From: a virus
Taxonomy: Duplodnaviria > Caudoviricetes
Strand: one strand, 5' to 3'
DNA: 64,000 bases
IMG/VR virus record: IMGVR_UViG_3300043427_002668
Numbering within the stretch: the stretch's first letter is position 1; each line of letters begins with the position of its first letter. Below, in pieces: positions 45,430 to 55,994 of this stretch. The position numbers and the translations under genes are program-made. The notes beneath the pieces were generated by a model that did not search any database, was not told where the DNA came from, and worked only from the letters and a program-made list of their open reading frames with translations.

Positions 45430-45501
45430 GCCCTTGTAGCTCAGTGGTAGAGCAATGGTTTTGTAAACCATTTGTCGCAAGTTCGACTCTTGTCGGGGGC
45501 T
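45430..45501 (+). tRNA. trnT: tRNA-Thr(UGU), CCA not encoded
   Basis: GCCCTTG/CGGGGGC acceptor, ATGGT-TTTGTAA-ACCAT, TTCGACT. Confidence 0.95.
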
Positions 45502-45521
45502 CTTAAAACCTAAGTTTTAAA

Positions 45522-45692
45522 ATGAAGATAAATCTCTGGTACTGCAAAGATATGCAACAATGGCGTTGGACTCTTACCGACGACTCAAGACCTATTCTTA
45601 AGCAAGAATCAGGTCAGCAACCAGATCTTCGTACAGCAATGAATGACGTTGCAAATACCGTAGAATATATGATGAAATCCTCACAAGAATGA
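45522..45692 (+). CDS. 56-aa conserved hypothetical protein (not in ORF track)
   Basis: MKINLWYCKDMQQWRWTL...; ATGA overlap with the next gene. Confidence 0.7.
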   Translation: MKINLWYCKDMQQWRWTLTDDSRPILKQESGQQPDLRTAMNDVANTVEYMMKSSQE

Positions 45693-46324
45693 GTAAAAAT
45701 ACTCAGTACTTTATAGATAGAGTAGGTAAAGAAGAAATCAAAAATCTTCTTTATACCTATCATTATCTTAAAGACGAATCAAAAGATTTTAAAAGTGGGA
45801 ATAATTACGGTCTTTTCCGATCATCTGTTACTGATGTCCTTCATATTGATAAGTGCTTGGGTTGTTGTGTCTTTACTAAGATCCCCGTCCCAGAGATAGC
45901 AGTTGGGGCATTTGGATTACAAAGACACGAACAGGAAGGTCTTTATGAACTTTCAAGACTTTGTATTCATCCTGATATTCAGAAAACAGAGTATAACATT
46001 ACCTCTTGGTTCGTCAGTCGTTGTATAAAGAGGTTCCGAAAAGATGCCCGCGTTCGTGCTATTCTTAGTTACGCTGATGCTAATCACCACTCTGGAGTTA
46101 TATACAGAGCTTGTAATTTTACTTACTACGGTCTAACAGCACCCAAAAAAGACTTTTACTATGCTGATGGTACAAAGCATTCAAGGGGAAGTGTGAAGGG
46201 TGCTGAAGGTGAGTGGAGAGAAAGAAGTCGTAAACACAGGTATTTGATGATCTTTGATAAAGAACTCAAGAAACGCTTGACTTGGAAAGAGGAGAAGTGG
46301 TATAATAGTCAAGGCGATACTTAA
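45689..46324 (+). CDS. mom: Mom-like GNAT DNA-modification protein
   Basis: YELSRLCI, SWFVSRCIK, ILSYAD...HSGVIYRACNF. Confidence 0.7.
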   Translation: MSKNTQYFIDRVGKEEIKNLLYTYHYLKDESKDFKSGNNYGLFRSSVTDVLHIDKCLGCCVFTKIPVPEIAVGAFGLQRHEQEGLYELSRLCIHPDIQKTEYNITSWFVSRCIKRFRKDARVRAILSYADANHHSGVIYRACNFTYYGLTAPKKDFYYADGTKHSRGSVKGAEGEWRERSRKHRYLMIFDKELKKRLTWKEEKWYNSQGDT

Positions 46325-46372
46325 CCAGTCCCTTCCGTGTGCTTCAGAACCCTCCTTTGTGAGGGTTTTGTT
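46277..46372 (+). ncRNA. candidate sRNA of about 60 nt with its own promoter and terminator
   Basis: TTGACT-18-TGG-TATAAT (46277-46306) and hairpin AACCCTC/GAGGGTT plus TTTG (46348-70); no ORF between. Confidence 0.4.
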
Positions 46373-46414
46373 GTATGATAAATAATCCATAACGGAACTA
46401 TAAGTATTAATAAG

Positions 46415-49400
46415 ATGGGTCTCTCCAGATTAGATAATTTTCTGAAGTCAGCAAGAGGAACAATTCTTTATGTTGATCCAAACGCTTTAGATTCAACCGA
46501 TAGTATAGAAAATCAGGGAAATTCTCTTGCAAGGCCATTTAAAACCATTCAAAGGGCATTAATAGAGGCAGCAAGATTTTCGTATCAAAGGGGAAAAGAT
46601 AACGATAGATTTGGAAAGACCACTATTTTACTATATCCTGGCGAGCATATTGTAGATAATCGTCCTGGATGGATTCCCATAGGCAGCGGACAATATCAAT
46701 TAAGAAGTAGTCAAACTTCTACTGATTTTTCTGATTGGGACCTAACATCCAATTTTGATGTTACTGCAGAAAATAACGTACTTTATAAATTAAATTCGGT
46801 TCATGGTGGTGTCATAGTACCTAGAGGAACTTCAATCGTCGGATTAGATCTTCGTAAGACAAAAGTTCGTCCAACATACGTTCCAAATCCAGAGAATGAT
46901 AATATTGAAAGATCTTGTATTTTCCGTCTAACTGGTGCTTGTTACTTATGGCAATTTACTGTTCTTGATGCAGATCCAAATGGACAGTGTTATTATGATT
47001 ATACGATTAATAAGGTTGTTCCTAATTTTTCTCACCACAAATTAACTGCATTTGAATATGCTGATGGTGTTAATAATGTTGTAATTGATGATGATTTTAT
47101 TTCAAAGACTGATTATGGTCGTACAGACCTCGATATGTATTATGAAAGAGTTGGATTAGTTTACGGTCAATCATCTGGTAGAGAAATATCAAACGATTAT
47201 CCACCTTCATCTGTTGTTGATATTGAACCAGTTATTGATGAGTATAGGATTGTAGGTTCCAGAGGTTCTGAAGTAGGAATTACAAGCATTCGTGCTGGGG
47301 ATGGAATCACTGCAACAAATACAATTACAGTAACAACTGCAGAAAGTCTTGAAGGAATTAGTGTTGATACTCCAATTCAAATTTCTGGTGTAAGTGAAGT
47401 TGGTTATGATGGTAAATTTGTTATTTTCTCTATTACAAGTGATACTGAATTTGTATATAAAGCATCCACCATTCCAAATAGTCCAATAGGATCAGTTTCA
47501 AGTGCCACTGCAAGTATATCAGTTGATACTGTAACCTCAGCATCTCCATATATCTTTAATATTTCTCTACGTTCTGTTTATGGAATGTGTGGATTGCTTG
47601 CTGATGGAGATAAAGCAACTGGATTTAAGAGTATGGTTGTTTCCCAATTTACTGGGGTAGGTTTGCAGAAGGATGATAATGCATTCGTAAAATACGATAG
47701 CTCAACTGGAACATATAAAGATTCTACATCAAACTTTACTAACTTATTTGCAGATTCTAATGCAAAATATAAACCGGCATATGAAAACTTCCATATTAAG
47801 GCAACAAACGATGCTTACCTTCAGTTAGTATCTGTATTTGCTATTGGATACGCACAACATTTTGTTGCGGAGAATGGTGGAGATATGTCCATCAACAACT
47901 CCAATTCTAATTTTGGTTCTAAAGCACTTGTTTCATCTGGATTTAAGAGGGAGGCATTTTTAAGAGATAATACTGGATATATTACTCATGTTATTGCTCC
48001 ACAGGAAATCGAAGCAGAAGAGGGATCGGTTGAGTTCATTGCGATTGATGTTGATAAAACTGTAGGAGTTGCAAGTACAAATAGACTTTATTTGTATAAT
48101 TATACTGATTTAAATAATCCACCAACAAATGTCATTGATGGATTTAGAATTGGTGCTAAAGTAGATGATGAACTATACGTTCAGGTTGTATCGAGTGGCA
48201 TTTCATCAGAATATTCTGCTCGAATTATTATGCCAAGTACGGAGTTTTCTTCAAATGAAACTTCGTATCAAAAATCATTTAACGTCCTAAAGACTTCTGC
48301 GTCAGAAAATAGTATTGTTGATAAAATTGTATCATTTGGTGTACCACACTCATTTAAGACTGGAGAATCAATAAGAATTATTAGTGATGATGGTAATCTC
48401 CCCAGTTCAATTTCCCCATCAAAAGTCTATTATGTAATTGCAAATGATCTTGCTGGAGTTGGCATAGGATCTACTCAGATTAAAATAGCTCAAACATTTA
48501 CGGACGCTTTCCAAGATATTGCAATTTCACCAAGTAAAAAGGGCGGAAATCTTACAGTTTTAAGTAGAGTATCTGATAAGAATTCTGGAGATGTAGGACA
48601 TCCAGTTCAATGGGATTCTTCAGAAGGGCAGTGGTATATTAATGTTGCAACTGCATCTACTGAAAATACAATTTACGATACAGTTGTTGGTTTGGGAACT
48701 ACTTCTCTTGGGTATGCCACCCCAAGAACTTATATTAAAAGAAAAACGGATTTTAGAAATCTTTCAGACACTATTTACAAAGTTCGTTATGTAATTCCAA
48801 AGTCTTCTTCAGTTACTGCAAGACCTCCTCTTGATGCATTTGTTCTTCAGGATGCAAGTTCTGGTATTGGTACTGGAACCGCAGAAATTTCTAAGTATTT
48901 TGATCTAACAAATACATTATCTTTATCTAATGAAAACGAACTTAGAAATCCAAGATTTATTGCAACTTGTACCTGGTCTTCTTCTGGCATTACTACTGTT
49001 ACAACAGAACTTCCTCATGACTTAAAAGTTGGGAATACCGTTGAGATTGTCAGCGTTCAGAGTAGCCCAAACAATTTAACAGGAATTGCAAATACTGGAT
49101 TTAATGGTACATTTACTGTTACTGCAATTAAAAACACCAGACAGTTTACTTATCAACTTTCTGATAATCCAGGTGCTTTCTTTAATAATACTTCAATTAG
49201 AGATGCGGATCTTCCAAGGTTTTCGAGAAAATCTTTAACTGGTACATATCAACTTTACAGAAGTCAAGAAGTTCAAGAGTATATTCCAAACGTACAAGAT
49301 GGTGTTTATCATCTTTTACTTATTGACGCTTCAAATTCACCGTCAATAGAACCATTCACTGATTTAAAATTCTCTCAACCAATACAATATCTTTATCCTC

Positions 49401-52400
49401 AGTTTAATAGAGACAATCCAACGTCAGATCCAGAAGCATCAAAATCTTTTGCAGTATCCGACATTATTGGTAAGGTTGTTATTAATGAACCTCAAAAATC
49501 ACTTACAAAAGAAGCACTTGGAAATCTTTTAGATGATATTAACGTTGGATTTGGAATCACAAATATTGCATCAAATTCTGCAGGAACAGCGCATACAATT
49601 TATACTACGTATGATCATGGATTTGCTGGTATTACTTCAGTAAGTATTACTGGTGCTGGATCTACTTATGCCACAGGAACATATTATAACGTTCCTCTTG
49701 TCGGAGCTGCTGGTTCTACTACAGGTGATTATGCAACTGCTGCCGTAACTGTAAGTGTTGCCGGAACTATCAGTAAAGTTGTTATAATGAATAGAGGTAG
49801 TGCTTATGGAATAGGAAATACTCTTGCTATCCTAGATGTTCCAAGAAATGCTGGATCAATTGCTGCTTATGTAACGGTTCAACAAATTCAGAACAATGTC
49901 GGTGATACTTTAGTTGTTTCTGGAGTAAGTTCTTCTCAATATAATGGTGTTTATAATATTACTCAAGTACCCATTGGGTCTACAAAAGCAATTTTAGTTG
50001 GATCTGCAAACTCTATTTCAAGTCCATCAACAACTGGTATTGGAGTTACTGCAACATCTTCTGCAAATGTAGTTGTAAGTGGATCATCAATCGGCATATC
50101 AAGCATCACATATGATGCTGCAACTGGTATTTCTACAGTATCTTTCAGTAGAGCACACGGATTTAGAGTAAATGATAAGATTAGGATTGGTGGAGCATCG
50201 GACAGTATTTTTAATAATGAATTTATTGTAAAGACTACACCTTCTGTTGCTGTTGCATCTACACAACTTACAATAAACACTGGTGTTAAAAATGCATCTC
50301 CAATTTATGGAGGAACTCTAACTGCATATCCACTCTTCTTAAATTCTTATGGTGGAGATTTAACACTAGAAAATGAAAAGACCTCTTCTCGACTTGTGGC
50401 GCAGTATGCTGGAATTACAACTGTTTCTACAGCATTAATTGATATTACATCAACAAATAATGATCCACTTACTATTCAGAACGCAGTTGCTTGTGGACTG
50501 AGAATGGGTGATTATATTCAGATTGATAATGAAATTTTCCGTATTCGCTCTGCTGTTACAAGCGATCAAGTTTATGTTTTTAGATCAGTTCTTGGAACTC
50601 AGAAACAAACTCACTTAGACAACTCAGTTGTTAGAAAGGTTAAACCAATTCCAATTGAATTCCGCAGAAACTCAATTATTCGCGCATCGGGACACACCTT
50701 TGAGTATATGGGATTTGGTCCTGGAAACTACTCAACAGCACTTCCAGAAAGACAAAATCGCATTATCACAGGTCAGGAAGAAATTCTTTCGCAGGCAACA
50801 AAAGTTGATGGTGGTGTTGCAATCTTCACTGGTATGAATAGTGATGGAGATTTCTACACTGGAAACAAGAAGATTAACTCTTCAACAGGTCAAGAAGAAA
50901 TCTTTGATGCACCAGTTCCAACTGTTACTGGCGAAGAGCCAAGTGTAAGTGTTGTAAATATTGGATTTGACGTTCTCACTCCTCTCGAAATTTCAGTTAA
51001 TAGATCTATTAGAGTTGAGGGTGGACCAGATTCAACATTAATTTCTGAGTTTGATGGTCCTGTTGTCTTTAATAATAAGATTACTTCTACTTCATCTAAG
51101 GGAATTGAAGCAGCGTCTCTATATCTTCAAGGTGATGCATTTGTTTCTAGAAAATTAACTGTTGGTATTTCAACTCCAACTCAAGCAGGAAATCCCGGAG
51201 ATATAGTTACACGCACGGAACCACAAAGTGGTAATAGTGTTGGGTGGGTTTATACTACAAACAATCGTTGGGAACAGTTTGGAACTATTGGTGATGAAGG
51301 AAAAGATCCATCCATCAGAATTGGAATTTCTTCTAATGGAAATTTTGTAGGACTTTCTACGTTAATTGACTTTAAGGCAGTTGGAGATGTTGAAATATCA
51401 ACAGAACATGATGATATTGTTGGTATTACTTCATTGACTATTTCTAATGTCAATAAGATTGAAGTCTCTAGGAATGTAACTAATAATTTTATTGGAACTG
51501 CCACACAACTTAATTTCGTTGGTATTGGTATTACCGTTACTTCTGATTTTGATGTTTCTTCTGGAATTGCTACGATTAGTTTTGATGGTTTATCTCTTAA
51601 TGAATTGCCAGATATTGCTCCTCCTGGTGGAAATATTGGAGAACTTCAATATAATTTAAATGGAGTTCTCTTTGGTGGAGTCACGGGTTCTTCCTATGAT
51701 TCAGTAATTAATCAACTTAATGTTGCCTCAACACTGAATGTTGCAATTTCTACATCATCTTCAGCATTAGTAGTTACTCAAACTGGAACTGGAAATGCAC
51801 TTTTAGTTCAAGATGAAACAAATGATGCATCTCCATTTGTAATTTCAAACAATGGTGGTGTCGGAATTGGAAGAGCAATACCTCAAGCAAGACTTGATAT
51901 TACTTCTACTGATGAAACTTCCCTGAGAATTAGATCAACGTATGGTGGAGGTCCTGTTGTAAGAATTGATAGTTCCTTAGATGACACCTCACCATTCATT
52001 ATTGATGCATCAGGAAGTGTTGGTATTAATACTCTTACTGTTGCTTCTGGTATTTCTCTGGATGTTGTTGGTAATGCTGGAGTAACTGGAGAAATTCGTT
52101 ATTATAATTCTACTAGAACAAACTATGTTGCATTTAAGGCACAAGAAACTATCGCATCAAACGTTGTCTGGTCTCTACCAAATGTAGTTGGAGCAGCAAA
52201 TAGCATTCTATATTCTGTAACACCAGGAGTTCTTGGTTGGACCTCAATTAAGAATGCCCTTTCATTGGCAACAACTGATGATCTTCCAGAAGGAAATACG
52301 AATAAGTATTATACTGATGCGAGAGTTGTGAATAAGGTTAAGACTTTAATTGGAGATCAGTGTGGAATTAATGTTACCTTTAATGAAGCAACACAAAAAA

Positions 52401-52477
52401 TCGACTATGAAGTTATTGTAACTCAAGAATATGCTCCATTCCCATATTCAACTCGTGGATTTGCTATTCCTCTCTGA
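46415..52477 (+). CDS. 2020-aa virion structural / tail-fibre protein
   Basis: MGLSRLDNFLK start typical of cyanomyovirus fibre proteins; IxxxGxxY repeats; ATAAATA 46378-84. Confidence 0.8.
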   Translation: MGLSRLDNFLKSARGTILYVDPNALDSTDSIENQGNSLARPFKTIQRALIEAARFSYQRGKDNDRFGKTTILLYPGEHIVDNRPGWIPIGSGQYQLRSSQTSTDFSDWDLTSNFDVTAENNVLYKLNSVHGGVIVPRGTSIVGLDLRKTKVRPTYVPNPENDNIERSCIFRLTGACYLWQFTVLDADPNGQCYYDYTINKVVPNFSHHKLTAFEYADGVNNVVIDDDFISKTDYGRTDLDMYYERVGLVYGQSSGREISNDYPPSSVVDIEPVIDEYRIVGSRGSEVGITSIRAGDGITATNTITVTTAESLEGISVDTPIQISGVSEVGYDGKFVIFSITSDTEFVYKASTIPNSPIGSVSSATASISVDTVTSASPYIFNISLRSVYGMCGLLADGDKATGFKSMVVSQFTGVGLQKDDNAFVKYDSSTGTYKDSTSNFTNLFADSNAKYKPAYENFHIKATNDAYLQLVSVFAIGYAQHFVAENGGDMSINNSNSNFGSKALVSSGFKREAFLRDNTGYITHVIAPQEIEAEEGSVEFIAIDVDKTVGVASTNRLYLYNYTDLNNPPTNVIDGFRIGAKVDDELYVQVVSSGISSEYSARIIMPSTEFSSNETSYQKSFNVLKTSASENSIVDKIVSFGVPHSFKTGESIRIISDDGNLPSSISPSKVYYVIANDLAGVGIGSTQIKIAQTFTDAFQDIAISPSKKGGNLTVLSRVSDKNSGDVGHPVQWDSSEGQWYINVATASTENTIYDTVVGLGTTSLGYATPRTYIKRKTDFRNLSDTIYKVRYVIPKSSSVTARPPLDAFVLQDASSGIGTGTAEISKYFDLTNTLSLSNENELRNPRFIATCTWSSSGITTVTTELPHDLKVGNTVEIVSVQSSPNNLTGIANTGFNGTFTVTAIKNTRQFTYQLSDNPGAFFNNTSIRDADLPRFSRKSLTGTYQLYRSQEVQEYIPNVQDGVYHLLLIDASNSPSIEPFTDLKFSQPIQYLYPQFNRDNPTSDPEASKSFAVSDIIGKVVINEPQKSLTKEALGNLLDDINVGFGITNIASNSAGTAHTIYTTYDHGFAGITSVSITGAGSTYATGTYYNVPLVGAAGSTTGDYATAAVTVSVAGTISKVVIMNRGSAYGIGNTLAILDVPRNAGSIAAYVTVQQIQNNVGDTLVVSGVSSSQYNGVYNITQVPIGSTKAILVGSANSISSPSTTGIGVTATSSANVVVSGSSIGISSITYDAATGISTVSFSRAHGFRVNDKIRIGGASDSIFNNEFIVKTTPSVAVASTQLTINTGVKNASPIYGGTLTAYPLFLNSYGGDLTLENEKTSSRLVAQYAGITTVSTALIDITSTNNDPLTIQNAVACGLRMGDYIQIDNEIFRIRSAVTSDQVYVFRSVLGTQKQTHLDNSVVRKVKPIPIEFRRNSIIRASGHTFEYMGFGPGNYSTALPERQNRIITGQEEILSQATKVDGGVAIFTGMNSDGDFYTGNKKINSSTGQEEIFDAPVPTVTGEEPSVSVVNIGFDVLTPLEISVNRSIRVEGGPDSTLISEFDGPVVFNNKITSTSSKGIEAASLYLQGDAFVSRKLTVGISTPTQAGNPGDIVTRTEPQSGNSVGWVYTTNNRWEQFGTIGDEGKDPSIRIGISSNGNFVGLSTLIDFKAVGDVEISTEHDDIVGITSLTISNVNKIEVSRNVTNNFIGTATQLNFVGIGITVTSDFDVSSGIATISFDGLSLNELPDIAPPGGNIGELQYNLNGVLFGGVTGSSYDSVINQLNVASTLNVAISTSSSALVVTQTGTGNALLVQDETNDASPFVISNNGGVGIGRAIPQARLDITSTDETSLRIRSTYGGGPVVRIDSSLDDTSPFIIDASGSVGINTLTVASGISLDVVGNAGVTGEIRYYNSTRTNYVAFKAQETIASNVVWSLPNVVGAANSILYSVTPGVLGWTSIKNALSLATTDDLPEGNTNKYYTDARVVNKVKTLIGDQCGINVTFNEATQKIDYEVIVTQEYAPFPYSTRGFAIPL

Positions 52478-52481
52478 GGAA

Positions 52482-53132
52482 TTAGCAACCACCTTCTGGC
52501 ATAACTAATACATTATAAGTGATTTGCTGAACCGTTGGAGAAATTGTAGTATTTTTTCTATCAGTCTTTGAAGTTTTCTTTCTCGTTAGAAACTGTAAAG
52601 ACTGATTTGGTTTTAGATAAAGTTCAACAGGGAAAGGAACTTCCATAATTCTATTATTTTTTCTCCACCAGTTGTCAGAACTTCCAAAGAAATAATAACT
52701 TGAACCTGTTACGACTTCTGAAGAATAGATAAACATATATCCATTATTTCCAGGTCTTGCACTAACGGCATTATTCCACCACAGAGAAGGGAAGTTTCTC
52801 CATCTTCCCCAGTACCAACTATAATTAAATGAAGTAGATGAAAGTTGTTTTCCTACAATACCTTCCATCCAGTCCGTATCTATATCTGGAATGTTTGGAA
52901 TTTGGACGTATGATGCCGGAACAACTGTTTCTGTAACGATTGCATTACCTGCGTTATCATATGATGGAGTTTGATTGGTCTGTGCTGGAGTTACAATACG
53001 AACCTCACTTGTACCAGTTCCCTCAAGAGAAAGATAATTGAATATAACTCTTACGTTCTGTCCTGTATTATTTGCATATAATGTAAAATCCTCATTTTTT
53101 GCAAAATATCCAGTAAGTACTTCAGTTGCCAT
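52482..53132 (-). CDS. hypothetical, Trp-rich, inverted within fibre cluster
   Basis: 216 aa containing SWYWGRWRNFPSLWW. Confidence 0.7.
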   Translation of the reverse strand: MATEVLTGYFAKNEDFTLYANNTGQNVRVIFNYLSLEGTGTSEVRIVTPAQTNQTPSYDNAGNAIVTETVVPASYVQIPNIPDIDTDWMEGIVGKQLSSTSFNYSWYWGRWRNFPSLWWNNAVSARPGNNGYMFIYSSEVVTGSSYYFFGSSDNWWRKNNRIMEVPFPVELYLKPNQSLQFLTRKKTSKTDRKNTTISPTVQQITYNVLVMPEGGC

Positions 53133-53210
53133 TTTTTTATAGTGTTATCTTTTTTATTATTTAGAATACATAAATAATAGAAGCAAATTATCGGTGGATA
53201 GGGAAACCGA

Positions 53211-53687
53211 ATGGCAAATAAAAACTTTGTAGTTAAGCACGGGTTAGAGGTTGATACTAATCTAATTTTTGCGGATCAAGGTACAAACAAAGTTGGTATT
53301 GCAACAACCGTCGCAAATTATACTCTACACGTTAATGGTGGCATTGGTGCAACAACTGCGGTTATTTCAGGAATAACCACAGTTAATAATTTGGTTATTC
53401 AAGGAACTCTAAAAGCAAATACTTCCACAGGATCCACTGGAAATTATTTGGTTTCCACTGGAGTTGGAGTAACTTGGATTTCTCCAAGAGTTTCTACTGT
53501 TTTTACTGCAACTTCAGGTCAAACAACATTTAGTGTAAATTATACTGTTGGATTGGTAGATGTTTATATCAATGGTATTCGTTTAATTCCAAGTGAATTT
53601 ACTGCAACAAATGGAACGTCGGTTATTTTGAATGATGCTTGTTTTGGTGATGAAACTGTCGAACTTGTTGTATATTCATCAATCTAA
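53211..53687 (+). CDS. short tail-fibre-related protein
   Basis: NFVVKHGL; ATSGQTTF...VDVYINGIRL module. Confidence 0.75.
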   Translation: MANKNFVVKHGLEVDTNLIFADQGTNKVGIATTVANYTLHVNGGIGATTAVISGITTVNNLVIQGTLKANTSTGSTGNYLVSTGVGVTWISPRVSTVFTATSGQTTFSVNYTVGLVDVYINGIRLIPSEFTATNGTSVILNDACFGDETVELVVYSSI

Positions 53688-53698
53688 GGAGAAGATAA

Positions 53699-55015
53699 AT
53701 GCCAATTCCAAACAGGGAACTATCACAATTTGGTTCTTTTCTCTATGTTGACAATACAACAAGAAATATTGGTATTGCTACGACAGCAACTCCTTATGTT
53801 GGTATAGGAACTACAAATCCATCTGTAAAATTTACAGTCATTGGAGATACAAACATATCTGGTGTTGTTTCTGCAACTGGATATTATCTGAACGGAAGTC
53901 AATTAGTAAGTGCTGCTCTTCAGACTTGGGATTTTTCTGGGTCTGATATCTATCGTTCTACTGGTAATGTTGGTATTGGTAGTACAATACCAGCACAAAA
54001 ACTTGATGTTATTGGAAATATTACTGCAACTGGTACAATTACTGGAAGTAATATAAGTGCAAATGGAATCTCAATTAGTAGTGGTATCATCACTGCTTCT
54101 CGATTTGTTTCTACAGTAGCATCAGGAACTTCTCCATTAACTGTTACTTCAACTACTCTTGTTACAAACTTAAACGCAGATTATTTAAGAGGAAAATTAC
54201 CACCATCTGGAGATATTGTAGGAACAACAGATACTCAAACTCTTACAAATAAAACTTTAACATCACCAGTATTAACCTCTCCAGTAGTTTCTTCTGCTGG
54301 TATTGCATTTTCTGGATCTACTTCAGGATCAACAACATTAAGAGCATCTGCAGTTGCTACTGGTATTGCAACTCTTCCTACAATTAGCACAAGTGATACT
54401 TTAGTTGCAAGAAACACCACAGATACTTTAACTAACAAGAATATTTCTGCTGGTTCCAATACAATTAGTGGACTAACAAATTCTAATTTGTCTGGTTCTG
54501 CTGGAATTACAAATGCAAACCTTGCAAATTCTACTATTTCTGGAGTTTCTCTTGGTGCTAATTTAAACAATTTGATAGCAGGTTCATATATTAACTATAG
54601 CTCTGGAACGACTTATAATGGATCTGCTGCGATTACAGTTTCTGTTGCAGCAACAACTTTAAACACTGCTAATACAGTTGTTGCTCGTGATCCTTCTGGA
54701 GATTTTACTGCAGGAACAATTACAGCATCAAATTTTAATTCAACATCAGATATATCAGTTAAAGAGAACATTTATACGATTGAAAATAGTTTAGAGACAA
54801 TTAATAATATTCGTGGAGTGAATTTTACTTGGAAAAATGATGGAAAATCTTCTTTGGGTGTTATAGCTCAGGAAATCGAAGAAGTATTACCTCAACTTGT
54901 TAACGATGGTGAAGTAAAATCAGTTAACTATAATGGTCTGATTGGAGTTCTAATTGAAGCAGTTAAAGAACTATCTGCTGAAGTAGAGCAACTCAAACAG
55001 CAACTAAATAAGTAA
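53699..55015 (+). CDS. tail fibre with C-terminal S74 intramolecular chaperone
   Basis: TSDISVKENI, GVIAQEIE, VNYNGLIGVLIEAVKEL. Confidence 0.88.
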   Translation: MPIPNRELSQFGSFLYVDNTTRNIGIATTATPYVGIGTTNPSVKFTVIGDTNISGVVSATGYYLNGSQLVSAALQTWDFSGSDIYRSTGNVGIGSTIPAQKLDVIGNITATGTITGSNISANGISISSGIITASRFVSTVASGTSPLTVTSTTLVTNLNADYLRGKLPPSGDIVGTTDTQTLTNKTLTSPVLTSPVVSSAGIAFSGSTSGSTTLRASAVATGIATLPTISTSDTLVARNTTDTLTNKNISAGSNTISGLTNSNLSGSAGITNANLANSTISGVSLGANLNNLIAGSYINYSSGTTYNGSAAITVSVAATTLNTANTVVARDPSGDFTAGTITASNFNSTSDISVKENIYTIENSLETINNIRGVNFTWKNDGKSSLGVIAQEIEEVLPQLVNDGEVKSVNYNGLIGVLIEAVKELSAEVEQLKQQLNK

Positions 55016-55034
55016 AAGCCGAGTGTAAACGAAG

Positions 55035-55967
55035 ATGGCTATCAAGGTTAATAATATTAATGTTATTGATGATACTAGACAGTTTATTCCAGTTACAATT
55101 TCTGCAGGTTCAACAACAGGAACATCGGGTCAAGTTCTTCAATCGACGGGTGTTGGTGTTACCTGGGCCGCAGCAGGAGGATCGGGAACTTTTGATACTG
55201 GAATTACGACATCCATATATGTTTCAGTAACTTCTGGTATTGCTACTGGTATTGGTACAACTGCCGCACAAATTACTGCATCTCAAATTTTTAGAAACAA
55301 TGATATATTCATAGGTCCGGGAATTGCATATTCCTTCCCATCAACTGCTGGATATGAATATATAATCGAATCTATGCACGTTACAAATAAATCTGGAGCA
55401 AATTTATATCTCTCAGGAAGACACGATTTTAATGGAGGACAGAATACACCAATTTGCAATAAAGTCCTAATACCATATCAAGGTGCTCTTGAACTTCTGG
55501 AACAACCAAGAGTCGCAAACCCTTCAGATATTATTCGTCTACAAGCACTTACTGGACTTGGAACAGATGCATCAGGAATGGATGGTGGTCTTGATGCATT
55601 CATTACGATTTCAAGAAAAACTGATACAACTTATGTTGGAATTGGAACAACAGTAAGAACAACAGATCAGGAAATTTTTACATCTGTAACCTATTCATCA
55701 GTTATTCAATCGATTAATCTTGCAAATTATAATAATAATGTAGATGTTGATGTAACTGTTTCTGTTTTTCGAGGTGGAACTGTCGGGGGAATTAGTACAA
55801 CAGGTGTGAGGTTGGGATATCTAGCATATAATCTCACTATTCCAAAAAATAGTGTCGTTGAAATATGTCAGAAACCAAAACAACTCTCAGTTGGTGACTC
55901 CATTCTTGTCACAACAACTCCAGCAAACTCTGTAGGCATTGTTCTTGCAGGTAAATATATAGTCTGA
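55035..55967 (+). CDS. virion structural protein with two similar beta-rich domains
   Basis: Duplicated I-x-S-x3-N ... IP-x5-E-x3-P pattern. Confidence 0.65.
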   Translation: MAIKVNNINVIDDTRQFIPVTISAGSTTGTSGQVLQSTGVGVTWAAAGGSGTFDTGITTSIYVSVTSGIATGIGTTAAQITASQIFRNNDIFIGPGIAYSFPSTAGYEYIIESMHVTNKSGANLYLSGRHDFNGGQNTPICNKVLIPYQGALELLEQPRVANPSDIIRLQALTGLGTDASGMDGGLDAFITISRKTDTTYVGIGTTVRTTDQEIFTSVTYSSVIQSINLANYNNNVDVDVTVSVFRGGTVGGISTTGVRLGYLAYNLTIPKNSVVEICQKPKQLSVGDSILVTTTPANSVGIVLAGKYIV

Positions 55968-55994
55968 TAGAATTAATTTATTTGAAAAAATCTT

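Noticed and set aside
46181-46390. 69-aa minus-strand ORF
   Set aside because: It lies antisense to mom and the promoter/terminator signals and has no coding features.
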